Both the position numbers and the translations under genes were made by a program. A stretch of 32,000 nucleotides of DNA from an uncultured Chloroflexia bacterium (GTDB taxonomy: Bacteria; Chloroflexota; Anaerolineae; Anaerolineales; Anaerolineaceae). The stretch is taken from NCBI GenBank assembly GCA_963704755.1, contig OY969938.1, positions 4,470,001 through 4,502,000 on the forward strand, read 5' to 3'. Shown one piece after another: positions 8,750 through 17,087 of this stretch (position 1 is the first letter of the stretch; every line of letters begins with the position of its first letter). The notes below the pieces were generated by a model. The model made no database searches, was not told where the DNA came from, and was given only the letters and a program-made list of their open reading frames with translations.

Positions 8750-10822
8750 TTACTCTTCGCGTTTCTCGGCGATTTCCTTTTGGCGGGCCGCCACGATATC
8801 CGCCTGGATGTGCGGCGGGACGACCTCGTAGCTGGCCAATTCCATATTGAATATGCCGCGACCACCGGTGAGTGAGCGCAGGGTGGTGGTGTAGCGCAGC
8901 ATCTCGGCTAACGGCACGGTTGCGGTGATGAATGAACGGCCTTTCTCGGAATTCATGCCTTGCACCCGGGCGCGACGGGTATTCAAATCGCCCAGGACAT
9001 CGCCCATGTTCTCTTCGGGCACTGTAATGGTCACATTCATGATCGGCTCGTAGAGCACCGGGCCGGCGTCTTTGAACGCCAGTTTGAAGGCTTCGCGTCC
9101 GGCGATTTCGAAGGCCACCGGTTTGGAATCGACCGGGTGCTCCTTGCCATCATACACGGCGACCAACACGCCATGCACAGGGTACCCGGCGATAACACCT
9201 TCTTTCATCACCGAATGGATCCCTTTCTGGATGGAAGAAGAATAAGATTGTGACACGGCCCCACCGAAGACTTCCCAGGCGAAATCAAATTCTTTATCGG
9301 CCAGCGGCTCGACCCGCAAATGGACCTCGCCGAACTGTCCAGAACCACCAGTCTGTTTTTTGTGGCGATACATGGCCTGGGCTTTTTTAGTTATGGTTTC
9401 CTGGTAAGGCACCTTGGGTTCTGCGGTCAGCAGGAAGACCTGGAATTTGGTCTCGGCCCGGCGGATGGCGACATCGATGTGCTGGTCACCCATCCCTTGC
9501 AAGATGGTCTGGGTGGTTGCCGCTTCGTTGTACCAGGAAAGGGTCATATCTTCTTCGCACAGGCGCGTCAGGGTAGGGCTGATCTTGGCCGAATCGGCCA
9601 TGGTCTTCGGGTTGATGGCCACGCGGTACAGCGCGTGCGGATATTGGGGGATCGGCAGGGTCAAGGGATGGGCCTTGTCGACCAGGGTATTGCCGGTAAC
9701 CGTCTCGGACAGCTTGGGGACGACACCGATATCACCGCTGTGAATGGCCTTCACCGAAATGGTCTCTTTGCCGCGCGGAATATTAATGGTGCCAAAACGC
9801 TCTTCCAGGCTTTTGTTCTGGTTCCAAACCCGGCTATCGGAAGTGACCATGCCGGAATAAACCCTGAAATAGGTTTGTTTTCCCACGAATGGGTCGGCGG
9901 TTGTCTTCCATACATAAGCAGCCAGTGGCCCTGAATCGTTCGCTTTGACAATTTCTTCGCCGGATTTCCCCTCGGCTTTGATGTCCGGGATATCAGCCGG
10001 GCTGGGGAATAAATCGATCACTGCATTCAGCAGGGGGGCCAGGCCAATTTCAGCGCCGGCGGCTGCCGCAAAAACGGGGACGAAACTGCCGTTCCGGACG
10101 ACCGCTTTGAGCCCGCGGGTAACTTCTTCGTTGGAAAGTTCGCCATTTTCCAGGTATTTTTCCAGCAGGGTGTCTTCCCCTTCGGCGGCGGCTTCGACCA
10201 GCGCGAAGCGCGCTTCTTCAGCCGCAGATTTCATATCTTCGGGGATATCGACCGGGCTTTTGCCATCGCCTTTGTAGGCTTTCATGGAGACCAAGTCGAT
10301 GACGCCCTGGAAGGCAGCTTTTTCGCCCCAGGGGAGCTGAACCGGGATCAGGCGGATGTCTGAAAGGTCCTGAATCGAAGCCAATGCTTTTTGGAAATTG
10401 GCGTTTTCTCGGTCCATCTTGTTGATGACCACAAAGCGGGGCAGGTTGAACTCGCTGCAATAATTCCAGGCGATCTCCGTTCCTACTTCGGCGCCAGCCA
10501 CCGAATCTACCAAAATCACTGCACCATCGACTACACGGAGTGCGGAAATAACCTCACCAACGAAATCGGTATAACCGGGCGTGTCCAGAATATTTATCTT
10601 TACGTCTCTGTATTCAATCGGGACTACCGTCGTGTATAACGAAATACTGCGCCGCACCTCCTCTTCATCGTAGTCCGAGACGGTTGAACCATCCTCAATT
10701 TTTCCCAGGCGTGTAGTTGCCCCTGAGAAATGGAGCAGGGCTTCTGCCAGTATTGTTTTACCGGCACTGCTATGAGAGGCCAGAGCAATGTTGCGAATAA
10801 ACTCAGTGGTATACTCTTTCAT
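8750..10822 (-). CDS. Elongation factor G family GTPase, paralog type (EF-G2-like)
   Basis: About 690 aa. G1 is SHSSAGKT rather than the canonical AHIDAGKT. DTPGYTDF (G3) and NKMD (G4) are present, with domains II-V recognisable through the C-terminus. The gene is isolated from any rpsL-rpsG-tuf context. The ATG at 10822 has GAAGGG 9 nt upstream, and a TTG alternative lies at 10828. Confidence 0.85.
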   Translation of the reverse strand: MKEYTTEFIRNIALASHSSAGKTILAEALLHFSGATTRLGKIEDGSTVSDYDEEEVRRSISLYTTVVPIEYRDVKINILDTPGYTDFVGEVISALRVVDGAVILVDSVAGAEVGTEIAWNYCSEFNLPRFVVINKMDRENANFQKALASIQDLSDIRLIPVQLPWGEKAAFQGVIDLVSMKAYKGDGKSPVDIPEDMKSAAEEARFALVEAAAEGEDTLLEKYLENGELSNEEVTRGLKAVVRNGSFVPVFAAAAGAEIGLAPLLNAVIDLFPSPADIPDIKAEGKSGEEIVKANDSGPLAAYVWKTTADPFVGKQTYFRVYSGMVTSDSRVWNQNKSLEERFGTINIPRGKETISVKAIHSGDIGVVPKLSETVTGNTLVDKAHPLTLPIPQYPHALYRVAINPKTMADSAKISPTLTRLCEEDMTLSWYNEAATTQTILQGMGDQHIDVAIRRAETKFQVFLLTAEPKVPYQETITKKAQAMYRHKKQTGGSGQFGEVHLRVEPLADKEFDFAWEVFGGAVSQSYSSSIQKGIHSVMKEGVIAGYPVHGVLVAVYDGKEHPVDSKPVAFEIAGREAFKLAFKDAGPVLYEPIMNVTITVPEENMGDVLGDLNTRRARVQGMNSEKGRSFITATVPLAEMLRYTTTLRSLTGGRGIFNMELASYEVVPPHIQADIVAARQKEIAEKREE

Positions 10823-10876
10823 GAACAAAAACCCTTCTTAAGATTCTGGGGATTTAACTTACCTATTTTATGATGT

Positions 10877-11530
10877 TTGGATGTGGCTGTCAAAGGGGGG
10901 GTAAAAAAGCGTGGCCCGCGAAAGGCTGGCAAACATCCATTATTATATCAGCTTCCGGGCAGGCATCGATTGTTTCATCGACTTAAACTAGAGGTTCGTT
11001 ACCTTGGCCGGCCACGTTGGGATACCCAGATCTCCCCGCCGGAGCTGCTCGCGTTCATCCGGTCACATCCCAGTGGTCGGGCGTTGGATATTGGCTGTGG
11101 AACGGGGACGAACCTGGCCAGCCTGGGGGCGGCCGGGTGGCAGGTGAGCGGGGTGGATCTTTCCTGGCTGGCGGTAGCTAAAGCCGCCCGGCGGTTACGA
11201 CGGTTGGGCTTACCTGCCGATCTGCGGGCAGGTAATTATCTGCGGACACGGCCTTTCCCGGCGCCATTTAACCTGATCCTCGATATTGGATGTTATCATT
11301 CCCTGGCTGAACCCGAACGGGCAGCCTATCGCAGGCGGCTGAAAACCGACCTGGCTGGCGGCGGAACTTTCTTGCTCTATGCGCACTATCAGAGCGAAAG
11401 CCGGCATGGCATCGGCCAGGAAGATTTGGGCCAATTTGGCGCAATCCTTTCGCTCGAGCAACGCCAGGATGGCCTGGAGACGGGTATAGGCGCATCCGTT
11501 TGGCTGACGTTTCGCAAGGAGGCTGGATGA
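10877..11530 (+). CDS. Class I SAM-dependent methyltransferase
   Basis: Motif I is ALDIGCGTGTNLASL, followed by VSGVDLS and later LILDIGCYH. The N-terminal about 45 residues are basic and the TTG start at 10877 is uncertain. The true start may be further downstream. Confidence 0.7.
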   Translation: MDVAVKGGVKKRGPRKAGKHPLLYQLPGRHRLFHRLKLEVRYLGRPRWDTQISPPELLAFIRSHPSGRALDIGCGTGTNLASLGAAGWQVSGVDLSWLAVAKAARRLRRLGLPADLRAGNYLRTRPFPAPFNLILDIGCYHSLAEPERAAYRRRLKTDLAGGGTFLLYAHYQSESRHGIGQEDLGQFGAILSLEQRQDGLETGIGASVWLTFRKEAG

Positions 11531-12138
11531 AATTAAAACCGCTGATCTGGTTGGGTTTAGGGGTGTGTTTGATGGGGCTGGCTTGCAATTTACCGGTGGC
11601 GGCAGCCCAGGTTACACCAACGGCGGCAAACACCTCGCTCCCAACCGCGAGCGCGACGCCTTTCGCGGTGGGCTCTACGCTCACACCTGAACCCATGACA
11701 GGCACATCGGCTGAGTGTAGCTATCAATGGACGAGCAACCCTGAACCCGACTTGTCCGCCGTGCTGCAGGATATGTTCGACCAGGCCGGTATTACCAATC
11801 TAAAGGTCGATGCTGAGGCGTACGGCGAGAACTGTACCTGGGAAGATGGCACCCAGGGTGAGTTTGCCCTGATGGAAACCGACGTTAAATTTGTGCTGGA
11901 TGTTGACAGCCTGCAAGACCAGGATGCCCTGGCCGTCCAGGCTCACGAAATTCTGCGGATCATGTATGGCATACCGCAGGATCAATTCCCCGGACCTAAC
12001 CCTGGATATATCGGCATTACCTTCCAAACGCCGGACCAGAAAACCCAATACTACTGGTTCCCCAAACAGGTAGGCATCGATGCCTTCATGCAGGGGTTGA
12101 CCGGCGAGGATTTGCTCAAGGCGCTCAACCAGAGTTAG
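11527..12138 (+). CDS. Secreted or lipid-anchored hypothetical protein
   Basis: The ATG at 11527 overlaps the methyltransferase stop (ATGA). The signal peptide is MKLKPLIWLGLGVCLMGLAC, followed by a Thr/Ala/Pro-rich linker and an acidic domain. I recognise no family. Confidence 0.6.
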   Translation: MKLKPLIWLGLGVCLMGLACNLPVAAAQVTPTAANTSLPTASATPFAVGSTLTPEPMTGTSAECSYQWTSNPEPDLSAVLQDMFDQAGITNLKVDAEAYGENCTWEDGTQGEFALMETDVKFVLDVDSLQDQDALAVQAHEILRIMYGIPQDQFPGPNPGYIGITFQTPDQKTQYYWFPKQVGIDAFMQGLTGEDLLKALNQS

Positions 12139-12662
12139 AGCGCCTTCTCCATCCGCCAGGCCGGCTCCTCCATATTTTGACGAAGCCCGCGGTGATCGAT
12201 GTAGGACCAGATGCCCGGCTCGGCGCTCACCACAGTGAACCCCAGCCGTTCGTACAAGGCCCTGGCGCGCGGGTTGTCTTTGGCTACGTTCAAAGTCAAT
12301 ATTTTATAGTGCCGGTGGCGTAAATCGGCGGATAATTCTTCGACCATGCGGGTACCCAGGCCCTGGTTGCGGTAGGGACCGCGCACGCGGAAAGAATACA
12401 GGTAGGCGCGACGGAATCCGTCGGCCAGTTCTCTCCGGTCGCAAATCAATTGGATGAATACCTGGCCGATTATCCCGACCGAGGGCATTTCGGCTACCCA
12501 TAATACCGAAACGCCCCGCATCTGGCGGCGGTAAGCATCTGCATAAACTCGCCGGAAATGGGTAAATTCACCATCCCATTCCAGAGCGGGTAAATCGTTC
12601 TCATTCAGTTTTCGGATGAGGACCTGGTTCAACCAATCATCGATCCGTATATCTGTTTCCAT
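12135..12662 (-). CDS. GNAT family N-acetyltransferase
   Basis: The 175-aa ORF has the acetyl-CoA pyrophosphate-binding motif RNQGLGTRMVEEL and a typical beta4-alpha3 region. AGGAGA lies upstream of the ATG at 12662. Confidence 0.8.
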   Translation of the reverse strand: METDIRIDDWLNQVLIRKLNENDLPALEWDGEFTHFRRVYADAYRRQMRGVSVLWVAEMPSVGIIGQVFIQLICDRRELADGFRRAYLYSFRVRGPYRNQGLGTRMVEELSADLRHRHYKILTLNVAKDNPRARALYERLGFTVVSAEPGIWSYIDHRGLRQNMEEPAWRMEKAL

Positions 12663-12760
12663 TTTTGGCTCTCCTGAAAAGTACTCCTTTCAAGAGAAAG
12701 AAGCAGCCGGTTGTGGAAGCGTTTTCTTCTCTGAAGGAAGTTTTTTCAGTGGACACATCA

Positions 12761-15419
12761 TTAATTCAAGATTTTGGTGCTGAGGAGCTGATCCAATAAG
12801 GCTTTTTCTTGTGTTTGAGTGATGATTTTGCCGTCGAGCCAGGCGGCCCGCAAGGACCACAAGATCTGGCGGTAAATCGGCCCGGGTTCGACGCCCAGGG
12901 ATTGTAAGGTATACCCATCCGTGAGGGGTTGGATTTTTACCAGGCGGGTTGCATAATCGTATAATGTTTGATTGATTTTCTCCGTGGAAACCAGGCAGTA
13001 AATGGCATATAAAGCCGGCAAAGGCGTTTCATCCAGGCGCTGGACCATGCGACTGGGGCTCAAGCTGCACACTTCATCCAGGTCCGGGAGCAATTTTTGC
13101 CCGGCTTGCAGATCAACGGCCAGAGCTTGCGGCAGGCGCAGACGCTGGCAAACCTCAAGCCCGGTCTCGAGGGGGTAAGGCAAAAGCCAGACCAGGTAAG
13201 CCAAAGCCCGTGAAATTGGCAAAGAGCCGATGAGCTCGGGCAGTTCCCAGGCCGGATCGGCTTCACCCTTCAAGGCAAGGTCCAAGGCAGCGGTGTAGGA
13301 ATGGTTCCAGTGAAAGCCGGGTTGGATGGCATTAAGTAAACCAAGTTCATCTAATCGGTTTAGTACGGCTGCCGGGTGTTCTTCACCCAGCATCAGGTCC
13401 AACTCGTGGCGGACCCGGTCACCGGAAACCTGTTTGAGCAAATCGTGTGCCTCCGACATTAATTCAAGGGTACGGTTTTCGATTCGAAACCCGAAACGGC
13501 TCTCGAATCGAACGGCTCGCAGCATGCGGGTTGGATCATCCACGAAAGATAGCGAATGAAGGAACTCGCACCAGGCCTTTTTGGATATCGGCCAGCCCCC
13601 CCCAATAATCGTACAACTGGCCGAAATAGCGCCCATCCAGGCGCAGCGCTAAGGTGTTGATCGTGAAATCCCGGCGATGCAGGTCCAGCTTGATGCTGCC
13701 TCTTTCGACTGTGGGTAGGGCGGTGGGATAATTGTAGAATTCAGTCCGGGCGGAGATCAAATCCAGCGATTCGGGCAGGTCAGATGAGCTGGCGTGATCG
13801 CCGTCGGCCGCCAAGGCCAATAATTCAGTTTGGATGGACTTGATCTGCCATTTCGCGGTGCCAAACCGGGTGTGGCTGACCAGCCGGCCGCCATACTGGC
13901 TTTGCAGGGATTTTCCCAGGGCAATCGCATCGCCTTCCACGACGATGTCGAAGTCGAGCGAAGGTCGTTCCAGAATCAGGTCGCGGACAAATCCGCCGAC
14001 GATATAAATGGAGGTGTGATTATCGTGAGCTTTTTCGGCTACCAATTTCAACAGGGCCAGGCGCGCAGGCGGGAGAGCTTTTTCGAGTTTGCCGGCCAGG
14101 TCGTTCTGCTCCGGCGAGGGCGAGCCGTTGCCGCCGATCAGTTTGAGCAGGTCGGTGCGGGTTACGATGCCGATCACTTCACCTGTTTCCGGGTTACAAA
14201 CCGGGATCTGGCCCCAACCGGTTTCGGCCATCAGGTGCTGCAAATGCTCCACCGGGTCTTTGGGCGCAATGTTGATCTCGCCGGCGTCCATCAGGCTGCC
14301 GGCGCTCAAGTTGAGCTTGTGCGACAGGGCGCGATCGACCGCCCGGCGGGTCAACAGGCCGATTACTTTGCCATTCTTCACCACCGGATAACCCTCATAA
14401 CCATACCGCTGCATCAAGCGGGCCGCTTCCTGGGCGGAAGTGTCCGGGTCGAGCACCCGCGGGCCGCGCGACATGATCTTATCGACGGTAATCGCCGGCT
14501 CGATGACGGTGGGAAGAACCTGCATCAGCTTTTGATACATCTCAACCAGCAAAGCGGTCGAACGGTCATGGCCGGTAGGCTTAATCAGCGCAGCCGCGGC
14601 GCGATCGTGCCCGCCGCCGCCAAACTGAGCTGCCACAGCGGCCACGTTCACCCGGTCGGTGGTCGAACGGGCGACCAACCGTACGCCTTCGTTGGTATTG
14701 ACCAGCAGAAAAATGGCGTCTGGGTCGAGCAGATCGCGCATCTTATGAGCGATCGTGGATACTTCATCGGTCGAATCGACCGCGTCGGCGGTGGCCACGA
14801 CGATATGCTGACCGTGGATTGGCAAAGTTTCGGCGCTGTTCAGCAGGCGGTTATACGTCTCGCGCTGTGATTCCGAAAGCGGCGGGTTGAGGTAATCCCG
14901 GGCGATTTTGAGGTTTGCACCTTGCTCCAATAAAAAAGCAACTGCCCTGACGTCCCGGGCAGTGGTGTTAGCGTAAGTGAGCGAACCGGTATCTTCGTAA
15001 ATCCCTAGCAACAATACCGTAGCCTGCAGAATATTGAGCGGCCCATTGTGGTCCTGGATTTCCTCGACGAACAGAGTGGTGATCGCCCCCAATTTTTCGG
15101 TCATCACCGTCCATCCAGGGGAGACGTCATCGCGGAGCTGGTGATGGTCCACCACATGCACCTGGGTGTTGCCGGTCACACCCTTGAGGGTAATCAACGC
15201 CTGGGTATCTACCAGGGTGATCAATTCGACGTCCTCGGCAGGCAGATCGCGTGCTTCTACGAAAGGCAACTCGGCCCCATACAGATTAAGGAAAGCACGG
15301 ATGTTACGGTTAACCCTGCGCGGCAGAACCGGAATAGCGTGTTCGTTCAGAATATGCGCGGCCAGTAATGCAGCTAATGCATCAAAATCTGCCTGCTCGT
15401 GTGTAAGAATCACGTGCAT
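12761..15419 (-). pseudogene. DHH-DHHA1-CBS-CBS-tRNA nucleotidyltransferase/poly(A) polymerase fusion, split by a single-base frameshift near 13561-13562 (true pseudogene or sequence error)
   Basis: The N-terminal ORF (15419-13536) carries the DHH (VVDHHQL) and DHHA1 (GGGGHDRAAAA) motifs, two CBS repeats and the polymerase head IYIVGGFVRDLIL..DFDIVVEGD..RRDFTINTLAL. The C-terminal ORF frame (from about 13566 to 12761) continues with LHSLSFVDDPTRMLRAVRFESRFGF and an RNA-binding/tail region. The two frames join exactly at the conserved motif. Confidence 0.8.
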
Positions 15420-15513
15420 ATCCTTATTTTACCGGGAAATTCCGGTTTACGCGAAAAACATTTATCCAGAATTCACACCAAAACTGTACCAACTCAGGTT
15501 TGTTCGGAATGTA

Positions 15514-15570
15514 GGGGTGTTTTGATTGTTTTTCGCGTGCTTTGCACGCGAAAAACAATCAAAACACCCC
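15514..15570. repeat. 57-nt perfect palindromic element, copy 1 (27-bp arms, TTT loop)
   Basis: GGGGTGTTTTGATTGTTTTTCGCGTGC-TTT-GCACGCGAAAAACAATCAAAACACCCC. It lies in the divergent intergenic region between 15419 (-) and 15780 (+). Confidence 0.9.
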
Positions 15571-15596
15571 CAGGCAGGGCGATTGCAACCTGCCTG
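15571..15596. repeat. 8-bp stem hairpin directly abutting the palindromic element
   Basis: CAGGCAGG-gcgattgcaa-CCTGCCTG, followed by CTTTTCG. Confidence 0.5.
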
Positions 15597-15627
15597 CTTT
15601 TCGAGGGCAAGTCCCCAAAGAATGGCT

Positions 15628-15672
15628 TTTTGAGTGTTATTGTGGGGCGTAGCCCCACAATAACACTCAAAA
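15628..15672. repeat. 45-nt perfect hairpin (21-bp arms, GTA loop), different sequence family
   Basis: TTTTGAGTGTTATTGTGGGGC-GTA-GCCCCACAATAACACTCAAAA. Confidence 0.9.
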
Positions 15673-15779
15673 TTATCTCTCTGTTGGGACTAAATTGGCA
15701 TGATGCGATTGCCCTGCACCCCCAGGCAATTCGACTCACTTTTTGGTATGATTGGGGATAAGTTGTGGAGGATTATCCT

Positions 15780-16934
15780 ATGGCAGTCGATCTGACTCAA
15801 GAAGAGACTCTGCGTTATTCTCGCCACCTGCTTATCCCCGAGGTGGGTTTAGCAGGCCAGCGTAAGCTAAAAAACACTTCCGTGCTAATCGTCGGGACGG
15901 GAGGTTTAGGATCGCCGGTGGCGCTCTACCTGGCCGCTGCCGGGATTGGCCACATCGGGCTGGTGGATTACGACCGGGTGGATGCTTCGAACCTGCAACG
16001 CCAGGTGATCCATGACAGCCAGCACGTTGGAGCACTAAAAATCGAATCCGCCCGCGAACGCATGCTGGCGCTTAACCCTTATCTGCAAGTCGATATTTAC
16101 AACGAAGCCATCAGTTCGGAAAATGCTGAGCGCATTTCAGCCGGGTACGATATCCTGGTAGACGGGACCGATAATTTCCCCACCCGCTACCTGCTCAACG
16201 ATCTGGCAGTGCTGACCGGCAGGCCGTACGTATATGGTTCGATCTTTCGTTTCGAAGGGCAGGTGAGCGTGTTCGATGCCCGCACTGGACCTTGTTACCG
16301 CTGCCTGTTCCCGGTACCCCCACCGCCGAACAGCGTGCCGTCCTGCGGCGATTCGGGGGTGTTCGGCGTCTTACCCGGAACGATCGGGACGATCCAGGCC
16401 ACTGAAACGATCAAGCTGGCCCTGGGAATCGGCGAGACCCTGGCCGGTAGGCTGCTATTGTACGATGCTCTGGAAATGTCGATCCAGATGGTAAAGCTGC
16501 GCAAGAATCCTGCCTGCCCGGTCTGTGGCCCGCAGCCACAAATTACCGGTCTGATCGATTATGAACAGTTTTGCGGCGTGCCGGCGGTTAATATCAACGA
16601 GAACCGGGTGGGCAGCGGCCGGGACGTCGATCCGGCTGAACTGGCCGATAGGATCAAGCAAGGTGAACTGCTCACTCTTATCGACGTACGCGACCCGGTC
16701 GAACAACAGGTCTCGGCGCTGCCGGGGGCGGTTGCTATCCCGTTGGAGAAACTGGGCCAGCGAATGAAAACAATGGACCCCCAAGAAGAGTATGTCTTGT
16801 TCTGCCGGACGGGGGTCCGTTCCGCCCGAGGTGTTCGTCAGATGCTGGCGGCGGGTTTCCCGCATGTTTTGAATATGGTCGGCGGGATCAATGCCTGGGC
16901 CGACCAGGTCGATCCGTCGCTGCGGAAATATTGA
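15780..16934 (+). CDS. moeB: MoeB/ThiF-family E1-like adenylyltransferase fused to a C-terminal rhodanese domain (MoeZ/MoeBR type)
   Basis: RYSRHLLIPEVG, nucleotide loop GTGGLGSPVALYLAAAGIG, and two CxxC pairs (CYRC, CPVC). The rhodanese active-site loop is FCRTGVRS. The ATG at 15780 has GGAGGA 7 nt upstream, and a GTG at 15765 is the ORF-track alternative. Confidence 0.88.
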   Translation: MAVDLTQEETLRYSRHLLIPEVGLAGQRKLKNTSVLIVGTGGLGSPVALYLAAAGIGHIGLVDYDRVDASNLQRQVIHDSQHVGALKIESARERMLALNPYLQVDIYNEAISSENAERISAGYDILVDGTDNFPTRYLLNDLAVLTGRPYVYGSIFRFEGQVSVFDARTGPCYRCLFPVPPPPNSVPSCGDSGVFGVLPGTIGTIQATETIKLALGIGETLAGRLLLYDALEMSIQMVKLRKNPACPVCGPQPQITGLIDYEQFCGVPAVNINENRVGSGRDVDPAELADRIKQGELLTLIDVRDPVEQQVSALPGAVAIPLEKLGQRMKTMDPQEEYVLFCRTGVRSARGVRQMLAAGFPHVLNMVGGINAWADQVDPSLRKY

Positions 16935-16968
16935 TGACTCGCAACTGCTCAGGCAAATTTTGAAATTA

Positions 16969-17025
16969 GGGGTGTTTTTATAGTTTTTCGCGTGCAAAGC
17001 ACACGAAAAACTATAAAAACACCCC
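16969..17025. repeat. 57-nt palindromic element, copy 2 (27-bp arms, AAA loop, one C-A/G-U position)
   Basis: GGGGTGTTTTTATAGTTTTTCGCGTGC-AAA-GCACACGAAAAACTATAAAAACACCCC. It starts 35 nt after the moeB stop and ends 63 nt before the next start. Confidence 0.9.
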
Positions 17026-17087
17026 GCTCATTTGCAGTAGCTGAACAGTTACGATGGCTCAATTTATTAATCTACAGGCAGGAGAAA

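Noticed and set aside
9320-9934. 204-aa ORF on the plus strand
   Set aside because: It is antisense to the EF-G paralog. I recognise no domain and no start context.
13830-14870. 346-aa ORF on the plus strand
   Set aside because: It is antisense to the DHH-CBS-CCA fusion gene, which shows clear DHH/DHHA1/CBS motifs. The long open antisense frame is explained by GC-rich codon bias.
15399-15761. 120-aa (+) and 81-aa (-) ORFs spanning the divergent intergenic region, and the MQSTRKTIKTP N-terminal extension of the 16992 ORF
   Set aside because: They are translations of the palindromic repeats. The same peptide strings (VFRV..TRKTIKTP) appear on both strands and at both repeat copies, which is what a DNA palindrome produces rather than a coding sequence.
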